Origin: an uncultured Chloroflexia bacterium
GTDB taxonomy: Bacteria > Chloroflexota > Anaerolineae > Anaerolineales > Anaerolineaceae
NCBI GenBank assembly: GCA_963704755.1
Contig: OY969938.1
Coordinates: 4,770,001-4,802,000, forward strand
DNA length: 32,000 nucleotides
Direction of reading: 5' to 3'
The notes under the pieces were generated by a model, which did no database searches, was not told the DNA's origin, and worked only from the letters and a program-made list of their open reading frames with translations. Position numbers and translations under genes: made by a program. This document shows positions 15,949 through 24,170 of this stretch, piece after piece (positions within the stretch are counted from its first letter, which is position 1; every line of letters starts with the position of its first letter).

Positions 15949-16555
15949 TTACTGGTTTCCATCACTTTCGTCTTCGTCTTCTTCGATGAATTCGGTGAAT
16001 TCTTCATCAAAATCCTCATCGAAGTCTTCGTCTTCGTCGTAGTCCTCGTCGCCTTCCCCGCCGTGAACGTGACCATGTTCTAGTTCTTCCGGGGTAGCAT
16101 TGCGCAGTTCAAGGACTTTTAATGTCGAAGTCCAACTGTTCGCCGGCCAACGGATGATTGAAATCCAGCCGAACTAAATCCTCGCTAATATCCGCGATCG
16201 TCGCAGAAGAGATTTCGCCTTCCTCGTCGCGGACTTCCAATTCGACGCCTACTTCGAGTGGAATATCTTCCGGGAATTCATCGCGGGGAACGTCCATAAA
16301 GGCTTCGGGATCAACCTCACCGTAGCCGTCTTGAGGCTTGACGGATACAAGCTTGCTATCCCCGACTTTCATCCCATAGAGCTCTTTTTCCAGCCCGGGG
16401 ATGATATTGCGATAACCTTGTAAAAATACCAAGGGGTCATCCTGGTCAGCGTTATCCACGGTTTCGCCGTTAATAGTCAGGGTGTATTGCAGGCTCACAA
16501 CCACATCGTCCGCGACCATGGTAGGTTTGGTTTTATCTTCCACTGGTTCTCCCAT
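15949..16555 (-). pseudogene. slyD: SlyD-type FKBP peptidyl-prolyl isomerase, with a 1-nt frameshift in the A4 run (complement of 16117-16120)
   Basis: ORF 16109..16555 ends ...NHPLAGEQLDFDIKSP*. With one A fewer, the reading continues as DFDIK-VLELRNATPEELEHGHVHGGEGDEDYDEDEDF...DGNQ* to TAA at 15949-15951. That is the conserved SlyD C-terminal motif plus an acidic tail. Span is 607 nt, a multiple of 3 plus 1. Confidence 0.85.
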
Positions 16556-16668
16556 ATCGGTTTATTTATCCACGCCTGTCCGGCTTTCTCAGCAGCGTTT
16601 GAATAAAATAACACCCCTAATATTTAATCGCACATGCATGTAGAACGCCATTCAGGCACAACGGCGAA

Positions 16669-16677
16669 ATTATATCA
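16669..16677 (-). promoter_or_regulatory. Candidate extended -10 promoter (TGATATAAT on the minus strand) upstream of slyD
   Basis: The reverse complement of attatatca is tgatataat, about 115 nt upstream of the slyD ATG. Pattern only. Confidence 0.3.
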
Positions 16678-16687
16678 TGGAAGAGGA

Positions 16688-17362
16688 TTATTGCCCGAAA
16701 ACCTGGCAATCTAGCGCTTGAGAACCTTTAGTCAGCTTGGTCCAGTCGGCCAACATGTCGTCCAGGTTGATGTTCGAATGCATGTGATCGGGGATTATGT
16801 CGATCCAGGATGAGCCTTCCAGAAACTTGTTCCCCTGCGCTTCCAGGGCGCCGCAGATCTGGTTGAAATAGACTTTTTCCAGTTGTAAGGGCGGCAGAGA
16901 TGGATCGCTGACCTGGAGTGGATCGCCGCCAAAGGCCCACATGCCGATCGCGCTCATCCCATTCTGGTCCAGCACCAGGTAATTATCCCAGGTGATCTGG
17001 TTGTCCTCGGCCAGGAATTTCATAAAGACCGGGTTTGGCGTCTTATCAGCGGAAAGGGAAAAGCGATTGCCCAGGTCGGCGTTTCCTTCGATGTCCAGCG
17101 GGTAGAGCGGCTGCAGGATAACTTTCGGCTCGGGAAAATAAAGGATCAACCCCCAAATCGATAATAATTTGGGGGAGTCAGATTGAAGATCATCTACATG
17201 CAAGATGGCAATATTCCGTTGGTAGGATGAGCCGGGTGGCTTGGTCGGAGAAACATCGGCCTTGCTCTGACCTGGGTTGGGGAGGATGTTTGAAGCATAC
17301 AGACCTAAAATCATGCAGGCAAAAAACACCAGGATGGTCAGAACAATGATGAATTTCCGCAT
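16688..17362 (-). CDS. Membrane-anchored hypothetical protein with a weak LytR/CpsA/Psr-like pattern
   Basis: 224 aa with an N-terminal TM helix (FIIVLTILVFFACMILGLY). The start lies 1 nt after the upstream gene's stop (TAAAATG). The segment NIAILHVDD...LLSIWGLILY only loosely resembles LCP proteins. Confidence 0.55.
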   Translation of the reverse strand: MRKFIIVLTILVFFACMILGLYASNILPNPGQSKADVSPTKPPGSSYQRNIAILHVDDLQSDSPKLLSIWGLILYFPEPKVILQPLYPLDIEGNADLGNRFSLSADKTPNPVFMKFLAEDNQITWDNYLVLDQNGMSAIGMWAFGGDPLQVSDPSLPPLQLEKVYFNQICGALEAQGNKFLEGSSWIDIIPDHMHSNINLDDMLADWTKLTKGSQALDCQVFGQ

Positions 17363-17363
17363 T

Positions 17364-18482
17364 TTAAGTCTTTTTTTGCCACTTCAGCAAGGTATCGGTC
17401 TTAGGTCTTCCCGGTGGGGTGGAACCCGATTCCGGCTTTGTCTGTTGAATGATTGCCTTGAGGACTGTATAAAACGGATGGTACGATTGCCCTGGCTGGA
17501 TGAGCGCCTGCCGGCTAAAACGATTTGTCTCACCCGCGGGGGCATTAATGTTTGCAATAAATGTGACACCTACATATAACTGCGACCGGGTCTGTACCAG
17601 AGCTTGTTGTAGCCATTCCGCCTGCTTCTGACTGTCGAGATACACCTGGTCTGCTGTATTTATTGTACCATCAGGTGGATTAACCAAGGTAATCCAAATC
17701 AAGGCATCTTGCTGGCCATTTTCCACCATTACCTGGCGAATTTCTTCGTAATGGCGTAGAGCGCTTGCATCTCCGGCACCGGGAGAGCGCAAAGGGTCTC
17801 CGCTGGTGGCAGAAAATTGCAGGCTCAGCACGTCCATCCAGTCTTTGGCACCGGCGGCGTACAGGACGCGCAGGAAATCCTCATCGCTCCAGCCGACTTC
17901 GGTCTGGCCGGAAAGACCGCTTTGCAATCCGCCGGCAATCCACAGGAAGGAAAAACCAGCGGCTGTCACTTTTTCTTTTACGGTCTTGAACAGGGTCGCA
18001 TAAGCGATAGGATTGGGGCTGGTTCCCCAACCGGAGCGCAGGTTGGCCCCTGGGTAGAGCTCGATCGCCTGGATGGCAGCGCCATATCGAGCAGCCAGGT
18101 TCTGGATAAATTGAGCGGTCAGGTTCGCGTCTGGGCCGGCAGCGGTCATGACCCAGGTAGGCGGATCGTACAGGCTGAACATAACGGCCGCGCCGGACTG
18201 GGCACAGGCGGCAATGCTGCGGTCCAGGTTGGCCAAATCAGGCGTACTATTCGCCGAAGGCATCAGCGCGGACCAATCCAAATCCAGGGCAACCCAATCC
18301 AGATGCAGGTCGCTGATCACCCCCAGGGCCTGGTCCAGGTTGCTGCCTTGTGGGTGCAGCCAGGCGCCATAACCAAAATCGGCTGAGCCCGGAGCCCCAC
18401 GTTCGGCCTGCACGATTCCAGTTGGAATCAAACCGGCCACAACCAGGACGATAAGGATGGCTTTGATGAGGGTGGTTTTCAT
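17364..18482 (-). CDS. Secreted hypothetical protein, possibly a glycoside-hydrolase-like TIM barrel
   Basis: 372 aa with a clear signal peptide (MKTTLIKAILIVLVVAGLIPTGIVQA). The alternating beta/alpha-like pattern is a fold guess only. Confidence 0.6.
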   Translation of the reverse strand: MKTTLIKAILIVLVVAGLIPTGIVQAERGAPGSADFGYGAWLHPQGSNLDQALGVISDLHLDWVALDLDWSALMPSANSTPDLANLDRSIAACAQSGAAVMFSLYDPPTWVMTAAGPDANLTAQFIQNLAARYGAAIQAIELYPGANLRSGWGTSPNPIAYATLFKTVKEKVTAAGFSFLWIAGGLQSGLSGQTEVGWSDEDFLRVLYAAGAKDWMDVLSLQFSATSGDPLRSPGAGDASALRHYEEIRQVMVENGQQDALIWITLVNPPDGTINTADQVYLDSQKQAEWLQQALVQTRSQLYVGVTFIANINAPAGETNRFSRQALIQPGQSYHPFYTVLKAIIQQTKPESGSTPPGRPKTDTLLKWQKKT

Positions 18483-18505
18483 CCGGGTCAGCTCAAGAGG
18501 TGAAC

Positions 18506-18724
18506 TTAAGGGAGGATGCTCAACAACTGGGGCAGGGCAATGCCCAGAATGAAGCCGGACAGACCCACCATGGCCAGCAGGCCCAAATAAACTTTGAAAT
18601 AGCGCGAGCGCCGGATTTCGACGTACTTGCGGATCAAAAAATGGGCGGTCGGGGACTGGGAGAGGAAATCGATAAGAATATCCCAGAAAGCAATTTCGAT
18701 TTTATGGTAAAGCGGAGCATTCAT
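18506..18724 (-). CDS. Small membrane protein, hypothetical
   Basis: 72 aa. GAGGTG RBS lies about 6 nt upstream of the ATG. C-terminal TM helix is VYLGLLAMVGLSGFILGIALPQLL. Confidence 0.5.
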   Translation of the reverse strand: MNAPLYHKIEIAFWDILIDFLSQSPTAHFLIRKYVEIRRSRYFKVYLGLLAMVGLSGFILGIALPQLLSILP

Positions 18725-18745
18725 TCTTTCACCTCTGCAAAGCGT

Positions 18746-18964
18746 TTATTTCGAAGAAGTCAATTTGGTGATCTTGCCCGATTCGGTCACAACCGCGCGG
18801 ACCGTACGGCGCATTGGGTGGCCATCAGCCGTTTTGGCCATCCCTTCATAGATCAGCAGGTATGTCCCGGCGGCCTGGTCCTTGACTTTTGGGGCAGCGC
18901 CGCGTACCTCGGGGTATTTTTGGTACACCTGGTGGTTAATGGCGTTGATCGTTTTCTGGTCCAT
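18746..18964 (-). CDS. Small hypothetical protein immediately downstream of ftsZ
   Basis: 72 aa. An AGGA RBS overlaps the ftsZ stop (TAGGATAACGCTATG). The composition is globular. Confidence 0.5.
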   Translation of the reverse strand: MDQKTINAINHQVYQKYPEVRGAAPKVKDQAAGTYLLIYEGMAKTADGHPMRRTVRAVVTESGKITKLTSSK

Positions 18965-18973
18965 AGCGTTATC

Positions 18974-20131
18974 CTAACGGACCCGGCGTCGTAAAAAGGC
19001 AGGGATATCCAGGTCGGTATCGATCGAAACCGTTTCTGTCTGGCGCGGCTCCATCATGCGGGCGGCCGCCGCGGTCTGGGGAACAGCGGTTTGAGCCGGG
19101 CGGCGTTCAGCGCCGGCCAGGGTGCGGTGAGCCAGGTTGGGGACTTCCACCGGGGTGGCGCCTACACCGGTAATGATCAAAATGACCTGAACGCGGTCTC
19201 CCATGCGCTCGTCGGTAATCACACCGGGGATAATATCGGCGTTGTTGTGGGTCTTTTCCTGCAACCCGTTCATGGCATCCACCACCTCGGAGAAAGTCAA
19301 TTCGCTGCCGGCGGTAAAGTTGACGATGATCCCGCTGACGTTTTCCAGGTTGATCAACTCGATCAAGGGGTGGTTGAGGGCCGCTTCGATGGCTCTTTGG
19401 GCCTTGTGGTCACCCTGGCCGATACCGATCGAGAGCAGCGAGCCCCCACCGGACTGCATCACGTGTTTGATGTGTGAGAAGTCCACGTTGATCAAGCCGG
19501 GTTCGGTGATCAATTCGGAGATTCCCTGGATGCCCTGGCGCAGGACGTCGTCGGCCATACGGAAGGCCATTTCCAGGGGCAGGTCGCGCGGGGCGACTTT
19601 CAGCAGGCGGTCGTTGGGGATGGTGATGAGCGTATCGGTGTACTGGCGCAACTTGGCCAGGCCATCGCGGGCATTGGTTTGACGGCGGCCGACCTCGAAC
19701 ATGAAAGGCATGGTCACTACTGCAACGGTGACGGCTCCCAGCGAGCGAGCCACGCGGGCAGCGATAGGGATCGAGCCCGTGCCCGTACCGCCGCCCATAC
19801 CGGCGGTCAGAAAAACCATATCCGCACCGGCGAGGGCGTCGTTCAAATCTTTGTAACTCTCTTCGGCAGCAGCTTCTCCGGACGTAGGATTACCACCGGC
19901 GCCCAAACCACGGGTGTAGTGAGGGCCAAGTTGAATCTTCGTTTGCGCCAGAGAGCTTTTCAATGCCTGGGCGTCAGTGTTTGCGGCAATAAATTTAACG
20001 CCCGAAAGCCCCAATTCGACCATCCGGTTGATAGCGTTTGAGCCTCCGCCACCTAACCCGATAACTCGCAAATCCGGTTTATGAATGCCGGCTGGAACGT
20101 TTAGATGGTTGCTGCTGCCTGTAAGATTCAT
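18974..20131 (-). CDS. ftsZ: Cell division GTPase FtsZ
   Basis: 385 aa. Motifs: [15 protein letters not shown], tubulin signature [16 protein letters not shown] and the C-terminal peptide [11 protein letters not shown] is AGGAGAGGTG. Confidence 0.96.
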   Translation of the reverse strand: MNLTGSSNHLNVPAGIHKPDLRVIGLGGGGSNAINRMVELGLSGVKFIAANTDAQALKSSLAQTKIQLGPHYTRGLGAGGNPTSGEAAAEESYKDLNDALAGADMVFLTAGMGGGTGTGSIPIAARVARSLGAVTVAVVTMPFMFEVGRRQTNARDGLAKLRQYTDTLITIPNDRLLKVAPRDLPLEMAFRMADDVLRQGIQGISELITEPGLINVDFSHIKHVMQSGGGSLLSIGIGQGDHKAQRAIEAALNHPLIELINLENVSGIIVNFTAGSELTFSEVVDAMNGLQEKTHNNADIIPGVITDERMGDRVQVILIITGVGATPVEVPNLAHRTLAGAERRPAQTAVPQTAAAARMMEPRQTETVSIDTDLDIPAFLRRRVR

Positions 20132-20166
20132 GCTTCACCTCTCCTTGTGCATGGAAGATGCAATTT

Positions 20167-21504
20167 TCATGCCAATTTCGACATCCAGTAAATCTGGCAA
20201 CCTTTTCGTTGCAGGCGAATAACCAATTCACGGGCGAATTTATTCTTTTCTGAAAGGATGGTCACCCGTTCAGCCATTTGGGCCTCGTCCAAAGAGAAAC
20301 CGACCGTCAGGTGGTGCTTCTGGATAAAAGGCAAGGCGGTGCGAATTTGCATATCCAGGTTGGCGGACTGATCGGCCGGGATGAGCAGATAGTGTTTGAT
20401 CGGGTGGGTGGCTTTCTTGAAAAAACCTTCGTTGAGGACGCCAACCTTGGTTTCCTCTTCACTGGGCGGAAAATACTCCTGGGCGATTTCTTTGGCGGCC
20501 GGGATGAGTCCGGTTTTACCATCGAACCAGGCGAATAGCGCTTCGGGTGCTTGCTGTTCGGCGGCCAGTAAATAAATATTGCAGGCAATGACGTTATCGG
20601 GTAGATCAGCCGGTTTATCGGTTGTTTCTTGTGGTTTTTGCGGGTCGGGTGTTTGTGCAGATCCGGTAGAAAGGTAAAAAATCTGCTCGAAGCGGCTGTT
20701 GGCATCGGCAGACTGGATGTCGTTGGCGGAAAGCGTATCCGGCCGGCCCGGCAGCCCGGCCTGGAAGAGGATGATGGGCAACTGACGTTGGATTACTGCC
20801 ATCGAAATGGCGTTATACCAGTCGAATATGCGGAAACCACGCTGGTCTTGAGACTGAGCTGGGGTGAAATAGGGGCGCACATCCGGCCAGCGCTCCGGCC
20901 CGCCCAGGCCCCAATCCAGGGCATGATTATAGGTATAGCCATAAGCGGATATAACCGATGCTTCCAGCAGGTCATCCTTTTTGCGACGCGAAAGCGACTG
21001 TAGAGCCAGCCGCAGGAAAGCCGTGTCCCAGAAACTGCCGCCCGGTTCGAGGGCTGGCAGTAAGGGCGTACCGCCGTTCTTGACGACCCGGTCGGCCAGG
21101 GGGATGAAGCGGTCGAGGAAGCGCTCGACCAGGTCTTGCTGAGCCCAACCGGCTGCGGGCCACGAACTGCGCTGGTTCGGCCGGTCAAAGAAATTGAAAT
21201 AGCGGACACCCCAACCCAGGTAGGCGTCCAATAAGGGAATCAACTGGTCCTGATCGTTGTTCAGCCCCAGGTTGAGAGAAAAATTGATGATAGGTGTAAT
21301 CCCTGCACTGATCAGGCCGGTCAAAAAATAATCCGGGATGGCCCGCTTGGTGTCTGCTTTCAAAATCAACCAGCCCGTACCCAGGCCGGTGAGCACCGGC
21401 AGCCAATTTTGCAGGTCGCGTTTGGTGTAATGATCCGTATCCGGGTAAAAGTGGAAACCAAGACGACGGATTTCAGTTTTATTGGTTGAAGAAGTGTTAT
21501 CCAT
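20167..21504 (-). CDS. Hypothetical cytoplasmic protein (TIM-barrel-like N-terminal part, unknown C-terminal domain) upstream of ftsZ
   Basis: The ORF track gives 20167..21597 from a GTG. The internal ATG at 21504 (MDNTSSTNK...) has a purine-rich GGAAGAGAG upstream and seems the likelier start. No signal peptide is visible. Confidence 0.65.
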   Translation of the reverse strand: MDNTSSTNKTEIRRLGFHFYPDTDHYTKRDLQNWLPVLTGLGTGWLILKADTKRAIPDYFLTGLISAGITPIINFSLNLGLNNDQDQLIPLLDAYLGWGVRYFNFFDRPNQRSSWPAAGWAQQDLVERFLDRFIPLADRVVKNGGTPLLPALEPGGSFWDTAFLRLALQSLSRRKKDDLLEASVISAYGYTYNHALDWGLGGPERWPDVRPYFTPAQSQDQRGFRIFDWYNAISMAVIQRQLPIILFQAGLPGRPDTLSANDIQSADANSRFEQIFYLSTGSAQTPDPQKPQETTDKPADLPDNVIACNIYLLAAEQQAPEALFAWFDGKTGLIPAAKEIAQEYFPPSEEETKVGVLNEGFFKKATHPIKHYLLIPADQSANLDMQIRTALPFIQKHHLTVGFSLDEAQMAERVTILSEKNKFARELVIRLQRKGCQIYWMSKLA

Positions 21505-21702
21505 GGTGAGATTTCTCTCTTCCAGATAGGGCTTTGTGGATACCCATAGGATTGCAAGAATGGTGCCAAAGGACTGATTGGGGTGGAGGTGTTTCACAGT
21601 GGTTTGGCCGGGCTAATCTTTCTGATCCGCCGAAGCCGGCTCTCACCAAAATATAAATTTAGAGTAAAAATGGTTCATTTCGCAACACATTGTATTTAAT
21701 TC

Positions 21703-21711
21703 TGCTATAAT
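21703..21711 (+). promoter_or_regulatory. Candidate extended -10 promoter (TGCTATAAT), implying a very short or absent leader
   Basis: tgctataat ends 10 nt before ATG 21722, and no Shine-Dalgarno lies between them. Confidence 0.35.
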
Positions 21712-21721
21712 TCATGAAATA

Positions 21722-22655
21722 ATGATCTTAGTAACCGGTGGAACCGGCTTTGTAGGCCGGGTATTAATCCGGCACCTGATTGCCAGTGGCAAACAGGTGC
21801 GTACACTTTTGCGCCCATCTAAAAATTCACCGCAATTGCCGAGGGGGATCCCGGTAGAGGCGGCGGTATGCAGTTTGTTGGATGAACGGGGTTTGCGAGC
21901 TGCAATGAAAGATGTGGACTATGTTTTTCATTTGGCCGGTACCGAACGGCACAGCAGCCGGGCCGATCTGCAAAACGTGGACGTCAACGGCTCCGAGGTG
22001 TTAGCCGCTGTGGCCGCCCAGAGCGGAGTGAAAAAGATCATTACTTTTAAGTCACCTGGGGGCTGACCGTTCGTCTGCCTACCCGGTCCTAAAAGCCAAA
22101 GCCTTGACGGAAAGCGCTATTATCCATTCGGGCATTCCCTATACTATTTTGCGCTCGGCCGCTGTTTATGGCCCGGGCGACCAATTTACAACCTCGATCG
22201 CACGGTTATTACGCATGTCCCCGGGCTTTTTTATGGTGCCCGGGAACGGAAATACGCTTCTACAACCGATTTGGATCGAAGACCTGGTCAATTGCCTGAC
22301 CATGTGCCTGGATAACCCGGACTTGAACAATCGGGTCATTTCCATTGGCGGGTTAGAGGCGTTGACATTTCAAGAAATATTGCACCTGGTTATGCGGCAA
22401 ATGGGTATCCGGCGGGCGATCTGGAAAGTCTCGCCACCGCTGATGCGTGGGCTGGCCCTCTTTCTGGATGAGTTAACCCGCTTCCCCGTGTCTATATTCT
22501 GGCTCGATTATCTTTCTGCCGACAGAACGACCCAACTGGATACAGTTCCGCGTGTGTTTGGGATCATCCCGGCCCGGTTCCATTCTCAGTTGGGTTACCT
22601 TAATAGTCGTAACAAAAATTTATCCGTTGAGGTTTCTTGGGATCATGTCAAATAA
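21722..22655 (+). pseudogene. NAD(P)-binding epimerase/dehydratase-family (NmrA/NDUFA9-like) protein, with a 1-nt frameshift in the T4 run at 22045-22048
   Basis: ORF 21722..22066 begins MILVTGGTGFVGRVLIRHL (Rossmann). The frame of ORF 22104..22655 is open back to 22047 and reads LSHLGADRSSAYPVLKAKALTESAIIHSGIPYTILRSA. With TTT instead of TTTT the two join as KKIITLSHLGAD. Span is 934 nt, a multiple of 3 plus 1. Confidence 0.8.
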
Positions 22656-24105
22656 AGCAGTTTGCATCCACGGCCATTTTTACCAACCCGCCCGCGAGGA
22701 TCCGATCAGTGGGATGATCGCCCGCGAGGACGGCGCCTATCCATACCGGAACTGGAACGAGCGTATTCTCGACCAGTGTTACCGGCCGAATGCCGAATGG
22801 GGCAACTTCGAGCAAATCAGCTTTGACCTGGGGCCAACCTTGATAAACTGGATGATTTCGAACGACCCGGCCACGCTCTCGAAGATCATCAGCCAGGAGC
22901 GGCGCACATTTTCCAAATATGGCGTGGGAAACGGAATGGCCTTGCCTTACCACCACACCATTTTGCCGCTGGCCAAACCGCACGATAAGATCACCCAGGT
23001 CACCTGGGGAATTGCCGATTTCGAGTACCGCTTTGCCCACAAACCGGCCGGCCTGTGGCTGCCGGAGGCTGCGGTGGACGAAGCAACCCTGGAATTACTG
23101 GTAGACCAGAGCATCCAGTTCACCATTCTGGCCCCCTGGCAGGCGGCCGAGTACAACCTGGACGTTTCCCAGCCCTATTGGGTCGAGTTGGGCAGCGGCC
23201 GGCGCATCGCCGTCTTTTTCTATCAGGAAGATTTAAGTATGCGGATCAGCTTCGATCCGGGAGCTACCTCCAATGGCGATCGCTTCATCCGCGATTATTT
23301 GACGCCCAAATTTTCCTTCAATGGCCACCGGGCTGATAAAGAATTGATGCTGATCGCTTCGGATGGGGAACTGTATGGGCACCACCAGCAGTTCCGGGAT
23401 AAATTCCTCAGCTATATTACCCAGTGGAAGGATAACAGCCCGAACCCGATCGATGTGACTTTCCCCGGGCTGTGGCTGCAACAAAATCCGCCAGAAAAAA
23501 CGATCAAACTGCGTTATAACACTTCCTGGAGCTGCCACCACGGGGTTGCGCGCTGGAAAGAAGCCTGCCCGTGTACGCCCAACGGCGATTGGAAAGCCAG
23601 GCTGCGCGGGGCGATCGACGGAATCGCGGAAACGATTGACGAGCAGTACCTCACTGCGGTGCAGCCTTACTTGAATGATCCCTGGGAACTACTGTATCGC
23701 TACATCGACATTCTGCACGGTAAGATGAGTTTTTCGGCCTGGCTGCAAGATGTCCTTGGCCGGCGGCTGGAAGAAACCGAAGTCACCAAAATCGATTTGC
23801 TCCTGCGGGCGCAGGTACAAAAGCAGCGCATGTACACCTCGTGCGGTTGGTTCTTCGAAGATTTCGACCGGCTGGAGCCGCGCATCGTGGTGACCGCGGC
23901 CGCCTATGCCGTCTGGTGGGTCAAGCTGGCCTGCGGGGTCGATTTGGTTTCGATGGCGCGCGAACTGTTATCCGGCGTTCGCTCCTGGCGGACCGGGATC
24001 AACGGTGAGACTGTGTTTATGGGCCAGATCAACCGCTTGCGTTACGAGCAGTTACCGCTGCCGTTTACCCAGAGCGAGCCGGTCCACGCCGGTGCTGTGG
24101 TTTAA
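22645..24105 (+). CDS. Glycoside hydrolase family 57-like protein (DUF3536-type)
   Basis: The likely start is ATG 22645 (MSNKAVCIHGHFYQPAREDP, the characteristic GH57 N-terminus). It overlaps the upstream stop by 11 nt. The track ORF start at 22552 lies inside the preceding gene. Confidence 0.78.
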   Translation: MSNKAVCIHGHFYQPAREDPISGMIAREDGAYPYRNWNERILDQCYRPNAEWGNFEQISFDLGPTLINWMISNDPATLSKIISQERRTFSKYGVGNGMALPYHHTILPLAKPHDKITQVTWGIADFEYRFAHKPAGLWLPEAAVDEATLELLVDQSIQFTILAPWQAAEYNLDVSQPYWVELGSGRRIAVFFYQEDLSMRISFDPGATSNGDRFIRDYLTPKFSFNGHRADKELMLIASDGELYGHHQQFRDKFLSYITQWKDNSPNPIDVTFPGLWLQQNPPEKTIKLRYNTSWSCHHGVARWKEACPCTPNGDWKARLRGAIDGIAETIDEQYLTAVQPYLNDPWELLYRYIDILHGKMSFSAWLQDVLGRRLEETEVTKIDLLLRAQVQKQRMYTSCGWFFEDFDRLEPRIVVTAAAYAVWWVKLACGVDLVSMARELLSGVRSWRTGINGETVFMGQINRLRYEQLPLPFTQSEPVHAGAVV

Positions 24106-24110
24106 TATGT

Positions 24111-24170
24111 TCCTGAGTTAAGCAAACAAAACCCCCGCTTTTGCGGGGGTTTTGTTTGCTTAACTCAGGA
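24111..24170. terminator. 28-bp perfect hairpin, a bidirectional terminator that fills nearly the whole gap between the convergent GH57 and mutS genes
   Basis: tcctgagttaagcaaacaaaacccccgc (24111-24138), loop tttt, then the perfect complement (24143-24170). The GC-rich apex cccccgc/gcggggg is followed by T-rich sequence on both strands. The GH57 stop is at 24103-24105 and the mutS stop at 24171-24173. Confidence 0.75.

Noticed and set aside
22552-22644. The upstream start (22552) given by the ORF track for the GH57 gene, and the GTG at 21597 for the protein upstream of ftsZ
   Set aside because: 22552-22644 lies inside the epimerase-like gene, and the conserved GH57 N-terminus begins at ATG 22645. 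For the ftsZ-upstream gene, the first 31 codons look non-coding and an internal ATG (21504) has better context. Both are judgement calls.
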